A stretch of DNA of 36,729 bases from a virus (lineage: Duplodnaviria > Caudoviricetes). Positions 1 to 9,904 of the stretch are shown piece after piece; the stretch's first letter is position 1; each line of letters opens with the position of its first letter. The stretch lies in IMG/VR virus record IMGVR_UViG_3300026187_001225, positions 1 through 36,729 of that record; one strand, written 5' to 3'. Both the position numbers and the translations under genes were made by a program. The notes below the pieces were generated by a model. That model worked only from the letters and a program-made list of their open reading frames with translations. It did no database searches and was not told the DNA's origin.

Positions 1-2
1 AT

Positions 3-851
3 TCCGAGCAAGAACTAGCTGTCTGTAGTAATGACTACGATTCTAACAAAGAAGATTCTATTCAGAATGATGAAAAGCACATAAGAGCAATTGAAGAAAC
101 AGATGACTCTTATATCATTGAGTTTGGAAAAAGCAAAATGGATTCTGAAGAAGAAGAAGTAGAAGAAACTTCTTCAAAAGAACAAAATGAGAAAGAATCA
201 ATAGAAATCAAATCAAGCATAAAAGCATATCACGATGACGATGAAGAAGATAAGAACTATGGCACCTTTGAAGGTTATGGTTCTGTTTTTGGAAATAAAG
301 ACTTAGGTAATGATGTCATAGAACGTGGTGCTTTTTTAAAGTCTCTTAAAAAAAGAAAACCACAAAATGTAAAACTCTTGTATCAGCATAAATCTGATAT
401 GCCAATTGGTGTCTTTGACGAAATTAGAGAAGACAATCATGGTCTTGTTGTTAAAGGCAGATTAGCACTTAAAACACAAGCAGGAGCAGAAGCATACGAA
501 TTATTAAAAATGGGTGCTTTAGATGGTCTATCAATAGGCTTTAGAGTAAACCCAAAAGAAGTTTCTTATGATAAGCGTGGTAACAGACGCATCATAAAAG
601 AAGTAGATTTAATGGAAGTGTCGTTAGTAACTTTTCCTATGAACCCTCAGGCAACTGTTCGTTCAGTGAAAGGTGAAGAAATTTCCATAAGAGAATGGGA
701 AAATGGTCTGCGTGATGCTTTCAATCTTTCTCGTTCAGAAGCTAAAGTGGGTGCAAAAGCAGTCACTGATGCATTCAGTCAACGAGAGGTTGGCTCTAAT
801 GCTGAATTGGTAGATGCCATAAAGAACTTAACATTAACCTTAAAATCTTAA
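3..851 (+). CDS. HK97-family prohead protease (5'-truncated by the window edge)
   Basis: Motifs FEGYGSVFGNKD, LLYQH, GLSIGF, EVSLVTFPMNPQA. The frame of the listed ORF (138..851) stays open back to position 3 (SEQELAVCSNDYD...), so the real start may lie upstream. Directly precedes the capsid gene. Confidence 0.93.
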   Translation, partial: SEQELAVCSNDYDSNKEDSIQNDEKHIRAIEETDDSYIIEFGKSKMDSEEEEVEETSSKEQNEKESIEIKSSIKAYHDDDEEDKNYGTFEGYGSVFGNKDLGNDVIERGAFLKSLKKRKPQNVKLLYQHKSDMPIGVFDEIREDNHGLVVKGRLALKTQAGAEAYELLKMGALDGLSIGFRVNPKEVSYDKRGNRRIIKEVDLMEVSLVTFPMNPQATVRSVKGEEISIREWENGLRDAFNLSRSEAKVGAKAVTDAFSQREVGSNAELVDAIKNLTLTLKS

Positions 852-863
852 TAGGAGCAAAAA

Positions 864-2081
864 ATGTCGGAAGATGCGATAAAAACAGCTTTACAAGATT
901 TCGGAAAAACTTTTGAAGAATTTAAAAAAGTTAATGACGAGAGACTTGAAAAGATTGAAAAAGGCGAAGGAACAGCATATGTGGACGAAAAGATTTCTAA
1001 CTTAGAAGCTAAACTAGATTCTTACGAAGATATCAATCAGAAACTATCAACTGCTGAAGCCAACGCTGAAGACATCAAAAGCCAAATTGAAAAACTTGAA
1101 ACAGTCGTAAAAAGACCAAACGCAGGTTTTGAAACTAAGCAAGTAGATGACTATATGAATGCTTTTGATAAATACTGTAGAAAAGGTGTTGAATCCTTAG
1201 ACCCAGTAGAAAAGAAAGCATTAACAGTAAGTAATGATTCAACTGGTGGTTATTTAGCACCACCTGAGTATGTGAGAGAGATTATCAAAGATATCACTGA
1301 AATCTCACCTATCAGAAGCATTGCTAGAGTGCGAAGCACTGGGCAAAGAAGTATCCAAGTTCCAAAAAGAACTGGACAATTCTCTGCTGAGTGGGTTGCT
1401 GAAAGTGGAACAAGAAGTGAAACTACTGGTTACACTGTAGGTCTAGAGGAATTACCTGCACATGAGCATTACGCTTTAGTGGATATTTCTGAGCAAGACT
1501 TAGAGGATTCAGTATTTGACTTAGAAGCAGAAATGCAATCAGAGTTTGCAGAGCAATTTGCAAAAGCTGAAGGAACTGCTTTTGTTTCAGGTAATGCAGT
1601 AGGTAAGCCTGAAGGATTTATGACTAACTCATCAGTTAGTGAAATTGACTCAGGTTCAAATACAGCTATTACTGCTGATAACTTAATCACTTTAATGCAT
1701 AACATTAAAAGTGAATATGGTAGAAATGGAACTTTTGTATTTAACAGAAGCACCCTTTCTGCAATTAGAAAGCTAAAAGATACAGCAGGTCAGTATGTAT
1801 TCCAAGCAGGTATGACTTTACAAGGTGGTATGGTAAATACTATTCTTGGTCAACCATATGTGGAAGCTACAGACATGGCATCTATAGCACAAAACGCATA
1901 TCCAGTTGCTTTTGGTGACTTCAGCAAAGGATATATGATTGTGGATAGAGTTGCTTTAGCAGTATTAAGAGACCCATTTACACAAGCTACTACTGGTAAT
2001 GTAAGATACATTGCTAGAAGAAGGGTTGGTGGACAAGTGGTTCTTCCTGAAGCTATAACTAAACTAAAAGTAACAGCGTAA
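864..2081 (+). CDS. HK97-fold major capsid protein with N-terminal coiled-coil delta domain
   Basis: 405 aa. Coiled-coil N-terminus, GGYLAPPE, WVAESG, GKPEGF, LKDTAGQY, FGDFSKGYMIVDR, RVGGQV. AGGAG RBS upstream. Confidence 0.97.
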   Translation: MSEDAIKTALQDFGKTFEEFKKVNDERLEKIEKGEGTAYVDEKISNLEAKLDSYEDINQKLSTAEANAEDIKSQIEKLETVVKRPNAGFETKQVDDYMNAFDKYCRKGVESLDPVEKKALTVSNDSTGGYLAPPEYVREIIKDITEISPIRSIARVRSTGQRSIQVPKRTGQFSAEWVAESGTRSETTGYTVGLEELPAHEHYALVDISEQDLEDSVFDLEAEMQSEFAEQFAKAEGTAFVSGNAVGKPEGFMTNSSVSEIDSGSNTAITADNLITLMHNIKSEYGRNGTFVFNRSTLSAIRKLKDTAGQYVFQAGMTLQGGMVNTILGQPYVEATDMASIAQNAYPVAFGDFSKGYMIVDRVALAVLRDPFTQATTGNVRYIARRRVGGQVVLPEAITKLKVTA

Positions 2082-2095
2082 GCGAGGAGTAAATT

Positions 2096-2521
2096 ATGCA
2101 AGATTTAGCAAATAATATTAAATTAGTGCAATCGTTGGCTCCTGCCGTTAGAACAGCAGATGCAGATGGTGATGGTGTTGACAGACAATTCTACGAAGGT
2201 GTAACAATCGTTGTAGATACAGGTGCAGAAGGTATTACACTTTCAAGCACAAATAAGATTGAATTTGAATTAGAGCATTCTGATGATGATTCAACTTATA
2301 CAGATATGTCTTCATCAGATGTTAATGGAACACTAGGAAGTAGTGGTCTATTTTTAACACTAGATGCCGATGCTGAGACTCCACAAATTTCCGAGATTGA
2401 ATATGTCGGAAGTAAAAGATATGTGAGAGTCGTTGCTAACTTTGGTGGCACACATAGTACTGGAACTCCTATCGGAGCAAGTGTAATTCTACATAAACCT
2501 AGACACGCACCTGCATCGTAA
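2096..2521 (+). CDS. Putative capsid decoration/cement protein
   Basis: 141 aa, beta-rich (LEHSDD...Y, KRYVRVV), immediately after the capsid gene, GAGGAG RBS. Function inferred from position and composition. Confidence 0.55.
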   Translation: MQDLANNIKLVQSLAPAVRTADADGDGVDRQFYEGVTIVVDTGAEGITLSSTNKIEFELEHSDDDSTYTDMSSSDVNGTLGSSGLFLTLDADAETPQISEIEYVGSKRYVRVVANFGGTHSTGTPIGASVILHKPRHAPAS

Positions 2522-2533
2522 GGATATAGTTGT

Positions 2534-2561
2534 AAGTGGGGTGGAAACACCCCACACTTTT
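2534..2561 (+). terminator. Rho-independent terminator after the capsid/decoration genes
   Basis: GTGGGGTG-GAAA-CACCCCAC, a perfect 8-bp stem (2536-2555) with a GNRA loop, followed by ACTTTT. Confidence 0.75.
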
Positions 2562-2574
2562 AAGGGAAATTAAA

Positions 2575-2946
2575 ATGGCAAGAAAATTTAAAATATTAGT
2601 TCCAAAACCTGCAATAGCTGACGAAGGTTCAGCAGATATGGTTTTACACAAAGTAGATGATATTGTTGAGTCAAAAGGTCAATGGCAAGATGAAATCATG
2701 GATACATTTTGTGCAAATGGTTGGGCAATGGAAATTAAAGTTGACTCACCAAATGAAACATTTGCAGTAGAAGCAGATGTTAAAGAAGTAAAAAGAGCAA
2801 GAGATGAGAAAGGTCAATTAGTTGGTGATGACCCAAGCACTCCTGATGTTAATGAAGCATGGGAAGGTGGAAAAGCACCAAAGAAAAAAGCTACTGCTAA
2901 AAAAACTACAAAAAAAACAACAAAGAAAACAACTAAGAAATCATAA
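2575..2946 (+). CDS. Phage protein with RARDEKG-DDPSTPDVNEAW motif and Lys/Thr-rich tail
   Basis: ATG 2575 follows an AAGGGA RBS; the listed GTG start at 2536 lies inside the terminator hairpin. C-terminal KKTT repeats. Confidence 0.7.
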   Translation: MARKFKILVPKPAIADEGSADMVLHKVDDIVESKGQWQDEIMDTFCANGWAMEIKVDSPNETFAVEADVKEVKRARDEKGQLVGDDPSTPDVNEAWEGGKAPKKKATAKKTTKKTTKKTTKKS

Positions 2947-2954
2947 GGTGAGTT

Positions 2955-3515
2955 ATGAACTCACTATGGTATCTGTACGATAATGGTTTTTCTGAGGAGA
3001 TATGTGCCAACATACTTTCTCATTGGAACGATTTAGAAGCACAAAAAGGTAAAGTTGGTGCTAATACTGTTAGCACTGACGAATCAATAAGAAAATCTAA
3101 GGTCAATATGTTTCCTTACGGAAGCAAAGAGCAAAAAAACTTTGCTCATTTATTAGAAGATTACATCACAATAGCAAACAGAGAATGCTTTGGTTTTCAT
3201 CTAAACGGATTTAGTGAATTTCAAATCACAGAATATACTGCAAACAATTTCTACAACGAACATATGGACGTTGCAATCAATGAATGCGAGTCACAAAGAA
3301 AAATATCAGTAACAGTTCAATTAAGTGATACAAATGATTATGTTGGTGGTGATTTTATGTTTGGCACATCAATACTGAATCCTGATAGTGTCAGTTTAAG
3401 AACAAAAGGTGCGATACTTACCTTTCCATCCTTTGTGCCACACAGAGTTGCAAATGTTACTAGTGGTAAAAGATATTCTTTAGTTGGTTGGTATGAAGGT
3501 AATAAATGGTGTTAA
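2955..3515 (+). CDS. 2OG-Fe(II) oxygenase (prolyl-4-hydroxylase/PKHD-like)
   Basis: HxD (EHMD), RKISVTVQLS, YVGGDF, FPSFVPHRV (distal His), KRYSLVGW (2OG-binding Arg). Confidence 0.9.
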   Translation: MNSLWYLYDNGFSEEICANILSHWNDLEAQKGKVGANTVSTDESIRKSKVNMFPYGSKEQKNFAHLLEDYITIANRECFGFHLNGFSEFQITEYTANNFYNEHMDVAINECESQRKISVTVQLSDTNDYVGGDFMFGTSILNPDSVSLRTKGAILTFPSFVPHRVANVTSGKRYSLVGWYEGNKWC

Positions 3516-3592
3516 ATTATTATGTATAGTGATATTATTTATAAAGCAGATGCAAAAATTGGTAAATACCAAACTAATAATAGGATATATTT

Positions 3593-3946
3593 ATGAGTGC
3601 AGGTTTTTATCATTTCATAATTGAGCAGGGTGCTACCTTTAATAAAGTCTTAACTCTCAAAGACTCCAGTGATGCTGTTGTAAATCTTACTGGTTATACA
3701 AGTGCAGAAATGGATTTAAGAAGAAATCCTGATTCTTCTTCAGAAATAGCAACATTGACAACAGAAAATAGCAGAATTACATTAGGTGGTTCAGCAGGAA
3801 CTATTACTTTGACTATTTCAGCAACAGATACTGCAAATTTAACAGCAGGTGATGGTGTTTATGATTTAGACTTAACAACTAGCGATGGCTCTATATTAAG
3901 AATATTAGAAGGCACTTATACAATTAGAAGGAATGTGAGTAGATAA
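3593..3946 (+). CDS. Putative virion structural adaptor (Ig-like fibre-attachment protein)
   Basis: 117 aa, IEQGATF...VNLTGY...YDLDL...RILEG pattern of small beta-sandwich proteins that precede phage fibre genes. Stop overlaps the fibre start (TAATG). Confidence 0.55.
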   Translation: MSAGFYHFIIEQGATFNKVLTLKDSSDAVVNLTGYTSAEMDLRRNPDSSSEIATLTTENSRITLGGSAGTITLTISATDTANLTAGDGVYDLDLTTSDGSILRILEGTYTIRRNVSR

Positions 3947-6900
3947 TGAGTGAGAAGTTTACAGTTGAAGTATCTGACGCAGGAACTATTAGCGTTGTCT
4001 CAGTTGGGACACAGGGTGTAGCCGGTCCTAATCAAGTTTTAAGTAAAAGTGTTAATGATGTCACTATTGATAGTAATGATGATGGTGGTGTTTTACTTTA
4101 TGTTCTTTCAGATGACAGATGGGATATTTCTTCTAATACTGGTTCACCAAATATTGTTGCACAAGGTCTAAAACTTGGTAGTGTGACAGTCACAGCAATT
4201 TTAGACGAAGATAGTTTTACAAGTAATTCTGCAACAGCACTTGCTACACAACAATCCATCAAAGCATATGTAGATTCTAAGATTAATGTAATTGATTTAG
4301 ACGTTGCAGGTGATTCAGGTGGAACTTTATCAATATTAGACGATAACACATTAACAATATCAGGTGGCACAGGTATTGATACCTCAGGTTCGTCACAAAC
4401 ATTAACAGTTGCTATAGATTCAACTGTTGCAACTTTGACAGATACACAAACATTAACAAACAAAACTTTAACTGCACCAGTATTAAATACAGTTGATATA
4501 AATGGTGGTGATATATCCTCAACTACAACAATAAATAAATCTCCAACAATAACTTTAGCAGGAGACTTATCAGGAACTGCCACATTTACAAATTTAGGTG
4601 ATGCAACACTTTCTGCGACAGTTACAGCTAATTCTATTGAATTAGGCACAGATACTATTGGTAACTATGTTCAAAGTATAGTTGCAGGTGAAGGAATTGA
4701 TGTTACAACAGCAGGTGAGGGTGTTGATGTAACAATTACAGCAGAAGAAGCAAGTTCAAGCAATAAAGGTGTAGCTTCCTTTGATTCTACTGATTTTACT
4801 GTATCTTCAGGAGCAGTCACACTCAACGCAGAAAGAATCCAAGACCTAGTTGGTGGAATGCTAAGTGGCAACACAGAAAATGGCATCAGCGTCTCCTACG
4901 AAGACACAGACGGCACTATAGACTTTGATGTTAGTGACTTTGATATATCACTTTCAGGTGATGTGACTGGTTCAGCTACTGTTACAAATTTATCTAATGT
5001 GACAATCACAACAACAATCGGAGCAAATTCTGTAGCACTTGGAACAGACACAACTGGAAACTATGTTGCAAGTTTAGTAGCAGGAACTGGTGTAACTTTA
5101 GCTAACAACTCAGGAGAAAGTGCAACACCAACAATTAATATAGGACAAGATGTTGGGACAACAGATGATGTAGTTTTTAATAGTGTTGATTCTAATTTAA
5201 CTGGAAACGTCATTGGTGCTATAGAATTTGATGCAACAGCAAGTGAAGCACTTGTGAAAGGTGATGCAGTATATATATCAGGTGTATCAGGCAACAAACC
5301 AACAGTGAATAAAGCAGACGCTGATGTAACGTCTAAAATGCCTAGTTTTGGTTTAGTAAAAGCTGATGCAAATCAAAGTGCTGATGTAAAAATTATAACT
5401 TTTGGAACTTTAAGTGGTATTGACACTTCAGCTTTCAGTGTTGGTGATACTTTGTTTATATCAACAACAGCAGGTGCATTAACAAATACTCCACCAACAG
5501 GAGAATCTTCATTAATACAAAATATTGGTAAAGTTCAAAGAAGTCATGCTTCAGCAGGTTCAATCAAAGTTGGTGGTGCAGGTAGAAGCAATGCGACACC
5601 AAACCTTGATAATGGAAATATATTTATTGGCAATGGCTCAAATCAATCATCAACTACAACACTTGATACTTCTATAGTTCCTGAGAATACTAATCTTTAC
5701 TATACATCTACAAGAGCAAATACAGATTTTGATACAAGATTAGCTACCAAAGATACAGGTGATTTAGCTGAAGGTTCAAATTTATATTTTACTGATTCAA
5801 GAGCAGATTCAAGGGTTAATTTACAAACTGGTTCTAACTTAGATTTATCTTCAAAATCAACAAGTGACCTTAGTGAAGGCACAAACAAATATTTTACAGA
5901 TGCTAGAGTTCAAGCTGTTTCTATTAATGATATTGTAGAAGATACAACGCCACAGCTAGGTGGTAACTTAGATGTCAATGGTAACGCCATAACAGGAAGC
6001 ACAGTATCAATAAATGGTTCAGGTGGTGAACTAATGTTTACTGCTACTGAAAATGGTTCGGTAGATTTACGATATGACAATAATTTAAAACTTAACACAA
6101 AGTCTGATGGTGTAGATATCACAGGAGAATTAGAATGTGATACTTTAGATGTAGATGGTAATGCAGATATAACAGGAAACATCACCATTTCAGGCACAGT
6201 TGATGGTAGAGATTTAGCATCAGACGGAACAAAACTAGACACAATAGAAACAAATGCAGATGTGACTGATGCAACAAATGTTGGTTCTGCTCTTACTAAT
6301 TTTGCTACAGGCACAGATGCTGTAAGCACGGACTTAATTCCATATTATGATGAAAGCACTAGTTCTTGGGAAAAAGGAACAATTGCAGATGTTGCTTTGC
6401 AAGGTAACAAAGGTCAAAAAGGAGAAATTGGTGTAACAGGCTCTAAGGGAGAAAAAGGACAAAAAGGAGAAGCAGGAGACAAAGGTCAAAAAGGTGAAAA
6501 AGGTCAGAAAGGAGAAATCGGTGCCACAGGAAGTAAAGGTCAAAAAGGAGAAGTTGGAGACAAAGGACAGAAGGGAGAGGTAGGAGTTACAGGTAATGAT
6601 GGCTCAGATGGTAGTGACGGAGCAAAAGGTCAAAAGGGAGAGATAGGAGCAACAGGAAGTAAAGGTCAGAAAGGAGAAATCGGAGTCACTGGTAGTAAGG
6701 GACAAAAAGGTGAAGTCGGTGTTACTGGTAGCACAGGAAGTGCAGGTGCAGACGGAAGTGACGGAGACAAAGGTCAGAAAGGTGAAGTAGGTGCAAGTGG
6801 CTCAAATGGTTCTGATGGTGCAGATGGAAGTAAAGGACAAAAAGGTGAGATAGGTGTAACTGGTAGCAAAGGACAGAAAGGAGAAACTGGTTCACAAGGC

Positions 6901-9036
6901 ACAGCAGGTAACGATGGTTCTAAGGGACAGAAAGGTGAAGTTGGAGCAACAGGTAGCACTGGTAATGCAGGTAATGATGGAAGTGATGGTGCCAAAGGAC
7001 AGAAAGGAGAAACTGGTTCAGCAGGTAGCAATGGTTCAGACGGAAGCGATGGTGCAAAAGGTCAAAAGGGTGAAGTTGGACAAAAAGGACAAGAGGGAAG
7101 TTTTGGTGGTGCAACATTTGATTACACCTTTAATACAAACACAGCAGATACAGACCCAACAGCAGGTAATTTAAAACTTAACAATGCAAACGCCACACTT
7201 GCAACTATTCTTTATATTGATGATGTAGATGATGATTCTACAGACATACAAAGTTATCTAAGAACTATTGACGATAGTGATTCAACAATTAAAGGTCACG
7301 CAAGAATATCTAACAAGTCAGATGCTAGTGATTTTGCTTTATATACAATCTCAGGAACTATTACAGAAGCTACTGGTTACTTTAAAGTGCCAATATCTTA
7401 TGTATCAGGTTCAGCTTCTTCATTCAGTGCAAATGAAGATGTATTAATTACCTTTGCAAGAACTGGTGATAGTGGAGATAAAGGACAAAAAGGTGAAACA
7501 GGAAGTGCAGGAAGCAATGGTAGTGATGGCTCTAAAGGACAAAAGGGTGAAGTCGGTGCAAGTGGCAGTAACGGAACAAATGGTTCAAAAGGTCAAAAAG
7601 GTGAAGCAGGAACCAACGGAAGTAATGGTAGTGATGGAGCCAAAGGTCAAAAAGGTGAGGTAGGAAATACAGGTGGTGACGGCTCCAAAGGACAAAAGGG
7701 AGAAGTCGGTGCGACTGGTAATGATGGTTCAAACGGAAGTAAAGGTCAGAAGGGTGAAGTAGGTGCGACAGGAAGTGCAGGAAGTAATGGCTCTGATGGT
7801 GATAAAGGACAAAAGGGAGAGGTTGGTGCTTCAGGTAGCAACGGAACTAATGGAAGTGATGGTGCTAAGGGACAAAAAGGAGAAGTAGGCTCTACTGGTG
7901 GAACTGGTGATAAAGGTCAGAAAGGTGAAGTTGGTGCTTCAGGTAGCAACGGAACAAATGGTTCAAAAGGTCAGAAGGGAGAAACTGGTAGTGCAGGTTC
8001 TAATGGCTCTGATGGTGCTGATGGCTCTAAAGGACAAAAAGGAGAAGCAGGAACCAACGGAACAAATGGTTCAAAAGGTCAAAAAGGTGAAGCAGGAACT
8101 AATGGAACTAATGGAACTAATGGTGCTAAAGGTCAGAAGGGAGAAGCAGGAACCAACGGAACCAACGGAACTGATGGTGCCAAAGGACAGAAGGGTCAAG
8201 CAGGGACTAATGGAACTAATGGCTCTAATGGTACTGATGGTGATAAGGGACAGAAAGGTGAGGTAGGACAAAAAGGACAAAAAGGTCAAGCAGGAACCAA
8301 CGGAACTAACGGAACTAACGGCACAGACGGAGATAAGGGACAAAAAGGTGAGGTCGGTGCAACAGGAACTGGTCAAAAAGGACAAAAGGGTGAGGTAGGA
8401 GCAACTGGAACTGGACAGAAGGGACAGAAGGGAGAAGTTGGTGCTACTGGAACAGGTCAGAAGGGACAGAAAGGTGAAGTGGGAGCCACAGGCACAGGTC
8501 AGAAAGGACAAAAAGGAGAGGTAGGTGCTACTGGAACAGGTGAAAAAGGTCAGAAAGGGCAAAAAGGAGAAACAGGGCAGAAAGGACAGAAAGGTGAAAC
8601 TGGACAAAAAGGTCAAAAAGGTGAAACTGGTGCCGCAGGTGGATTTACTACTAACTCTAATGCCCAAGTCAATAGTTTAGGTGTTGGCACAGCAGGAAGT
8701 GGAACAGCAGGTGAAATTAGAGCAACTAACAACATAACAGCTTACTACTCAGACGCAAGATTAAAAGACTTTGAAGGACAAATACCTGATGCTCTTGACA
8801 AAGTTATTAAGCTAAATGGTTATTACTACACAGAAAATAAAATAGCTAAACAGCTTGGCTATGACAACGATTCAAGACAAGTTGGTGTATCTGCCCAAGA
8901 AGTGAGAGATATACTTCCTGAGGTCGTTACACAGGCTCCTATAGACGATAGATATTACACAGTCTATTACGATAAATTAGTTCCATTACTAATTGAAGCG
9001 ATTAAGGAGTTGAACAAGAAGTTAGAGGATAAATAA
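3946..9036 (+). CDS. Large collagen-like fibre protein with C-terminal peptidase S74 intramolecular chaperone
   Basis: 1696 aa. Fibre repeats (LAEGSNLYFT, LSEGTNKYFTDAR), two Gly-X-Y blocks, C-terminal YYSDARLK...GVSAQEV...PEVV...YDKLVPLLIEAIKEL. Confidence 0.9.
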   Translation: MSEKFTVEVSDAGTISVVSVGTQGVAGPNQVLSKSVNDVTIDSNDDGGVLLYVLSDDRWDISSNTGSPNIVAQGLKLGSVTVTAILDEDSFTSNSATALATQQSIKAYVDSKINVIDLDVAGDSGGTLSILDDNTLTISGGTGIDTSGSSQTLTVAIDSTVATLTDTQTLTNKTLTAPVLNTVDINGGDISSTTTINKSPTITLAGDLSGTATFTNLGDATLSATVTANSIELGTDTIGNYVQSIVAGEGIDVTTAGEGVDVTITAEEASSSNKGVASFDSTDFTVSSGAVTLNAERIQDLVGGMLSGNTENGISVSYEDTDGTIDFDVSDFDISLSGDVTGSATVTNLSNVTITTTIGANSVALGTDTTGNYVASLVAGTGVTLANNSGESATPTINIGQDVGTTDDVVFNSVDSNLTGNVIGAIEFDATASEALVKGDAVYISGVSGNKPTVNKADADVTSKMPSFGLVKADANQSADVKIITFGTLSGIDTSAFSVGDTLFISTTAGALTNTPPTGESSLIQNIGKVQRSHASAGSIKVGGAGRSNATPNLDNGNIFIGNGSNQSSTTTLDTSIVPENTNLYYTSTRANTDFDTRLATKDTGDLAEGSNLYFTDSRADSRVNLQTGSNLDLSSKSTSDLSEGTNKYFTDARVQAVSINDIVEDTTPQLGGNLDVNGNAITGSTVSINGSGGELMFTATENGSVDLRYDNNLKLNTKSDGVDITGELECDTLDVDGNADITGNITISGTVDGRDLASDGTKLDTIETNADVTDATNVGSALTNFATGTDAVSTDLIPYYDESTSSWEKGTIADVALQGNKGQKGEIGVTGSKGEKGQKGEAGDKGQKGEKGQKGEIGATGSKGQKGEVGDKGQKGEVGVTGNDGSDGSDGAKGQKGEIGATGSKGQKGEIGVTGSKGQKGEVGVTGSTGSAGADGSDGDKGQKGEVGASGSNGSDGADGSKGQKGEIGVTGSKGQKGETGSQGTAGNDGSKGQKGEVGATGSTGNAGNDGSDGAKGQKGETGSAGSNGSDGSDGAKGQKGEVGQKGQEGSFGGATFDYTFNTNTADTDPTAGNLKLNNANATLATILYIDDVDDDSTDIQSYLRTIDDSDSTIKGHARISNKSDASDFALYTISGTITEATGYFKVPISYVSGSASSFSANEDVLITFARTGDSGDKGQKGETGSAGSNGSDGSKGQKGEVGASGSNGTNGSKGQKGEAGTNGSNGSDGAKGQKGEVGNTGGDGSKGQKGEVGATGNDGSNGSKGQKGEVGATGSAGSNGSDGDKGQKGEVGASGSNGTNGSDGAKGQKGEVGSTGGTGDKGQKGEVGASGSNGTNGSKGQKGETGSAGSNGSDGADGSKGQKGEAGTNGTNGSKGQKGEAGTNGTNGTNGAKGQKGEAGTNGTNGTDGAKGQKGQAGTNGTNGSNGTDGDKGQKGEVGQKGQKGQAGTNGTNGTNGTDGDKGQKGEVGATGTGQKGQKGEVGATGTGQKGQKGEVGATGTGQKGQKGEVGATGTGQKGQKGEVGATGTGEKGQKGQKGETGQKGQKGETGQKGQKGETGAAGGFTTNSNAQVNSLGVGTAGSGTAGEIRATNNITAYYSDARLKDFEGQIPDALDKVIKLNGYYYTENKIAKQLGYDNDSRQVGVSAQEVRDILPEVVTQAPIDDRYYTVYYDKLVPLLIEAIKELNKKLEDK
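6403..7111 (+). repeat. Collagen Gly-X-Y block 1 (about 78 triplets)
   Basis: Uninterrupted GQK/GEK/GSK/GEV/GSD triplets in the translation; no Pro. Confidence 0.95.
7465..8646 (+). repeat. Collagen Gly-X-Y block 2 (about 130 triplets, five Gly-Thr-Gly interruptions near the end)
   Basis: GQKGE, GTN, GSN, GSD triplets; five 14-aa GQKGEVGATGTG(Q/E)K units at about 8338-8550; no Pro. Confidence 0.95.
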
Positions 9037-9707
9037 TGGCACTACAAACTTCAGGTGCAATATCTCTAAATGAAATTCATATTGAAGCAGGTGGTAGTTC
9101 AGGCACACAAGTTTCTATGAATGATACTGATGTAAGAGGTTTAATCGGTAAATCTTCAGCTACACAGATGTCTTTTGATGAATGGTATGGTGCTAGTTCT
9201 TCACAAGCATTTTCAACTATTAAAGCAGGATATTCTTTTTTCACTTTTACTGGTGGTAGAGGTTCAACTCAGTATGGTTTTAATGCTGGACTTGATGCTG
9301 ATGGCTCTGCTCCTACTGGTTCACAATCTTATACAGACTCACTAGTAGTAGGAAGCACTACTCTTGGGACTTTAGCAAGAGCATCAGTTGATAGTGTAGC
9401 TTCAGGCAGACATGATTTATCCATACATATTACAGGGACAAATTCTAATTCAGGTTGGACTAATGTGACTTGCTCTAGAATTAGTAACAGTGCATCTACA
9501 ACATTTTCAAGGACAGGAGATTTTAGTTACTCTTATGCTAGTGGTAAAAGACAATATTTGAGTGGTTATATATTTGATAGTAGTGGTGATTTAACAGCAG
9601 GTGGTACCTCATCAGGTAAACATTGTAAATTTTGGGGAGATGACACACCAAGTTACTCTAGCACAGGAACAGATAGCACTTTTACTGGTAAGATAGAGTT
9701 CTCATAA
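9036..9707 (+). CDS. Putative fibre-tip adhesin / receptor-binding protein
   Basis: N-terminus MALQTSGAISLNEI...VRGL...MSFDEWYG typical of small proteins encoded after S74-bearing fibres; Ser/Gly/Thr-rich C-terminal part; TAATG coupling to the fibre gene. Confidence 0.65.
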   Translation: MALQTSGAISLNEIHIEAGGSSGTQVSMNDTDVRGLIGKSSATQMSFDEWYGASSSQAFSTIKAGYSFFTFTGGRGSTQYGFNAGLDADGSAPTGSQSYTDSLVVGSTTLGTLARASVDSVASGRHDLSIHITGTNSNSGWTNVTCSRISNSASTTFSRTGDFSYSYASGKRQYLSGYIFDSSGDLTAGGTSSGKHCKFWGDDTPSYSSTGTDSTFTGKIEFS

Positions 9708-9708
9708 T

Positions 9709-9903
9709 ATGTACGATTCATTGACATTTACTACAAGAAACGATGATATGGAGCCTAACCATATTTGGGCGTGTTTCACATGGGAAGGTGTTTATTATGA
9801 AACAGGAGCAATACTAGATTCTGAAGGTGCTGTGAATAATGAATCTACTTTAAACAAGTGTAAAAATGTTTTACATATGTTTTTAACTAGACCAAACCCT
9901 TAA
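9709..9903 (+). CDS. Hypothetical protein
   Basis: 64-aa ORF packed with 1-bp gaps between its neighbours. Confidence 0.6.
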   Translation: MYDSLTFTTRNDDMEPNHIWACFTWEGVYYETGAILDSEGAVNNESTLNKCKNVLHMFLTRPNP

Positions 9904-9904
9904 A

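Noticed and set aside
7510-8330. Dense N-G-T/S sequons in collagen block 2 as N-glycosylation sites
   Set aside because: They arise automatically from GTN/GSN triplets, and no N-glycosyltransferase was recognised in the window.
6403-8646. Repetitive DNA as a CRISPR array or satellite
   Set aside because: The repeats are in-frame Gly-X-Y codons with synonymous variation; there is no repeat-spacer pattern.
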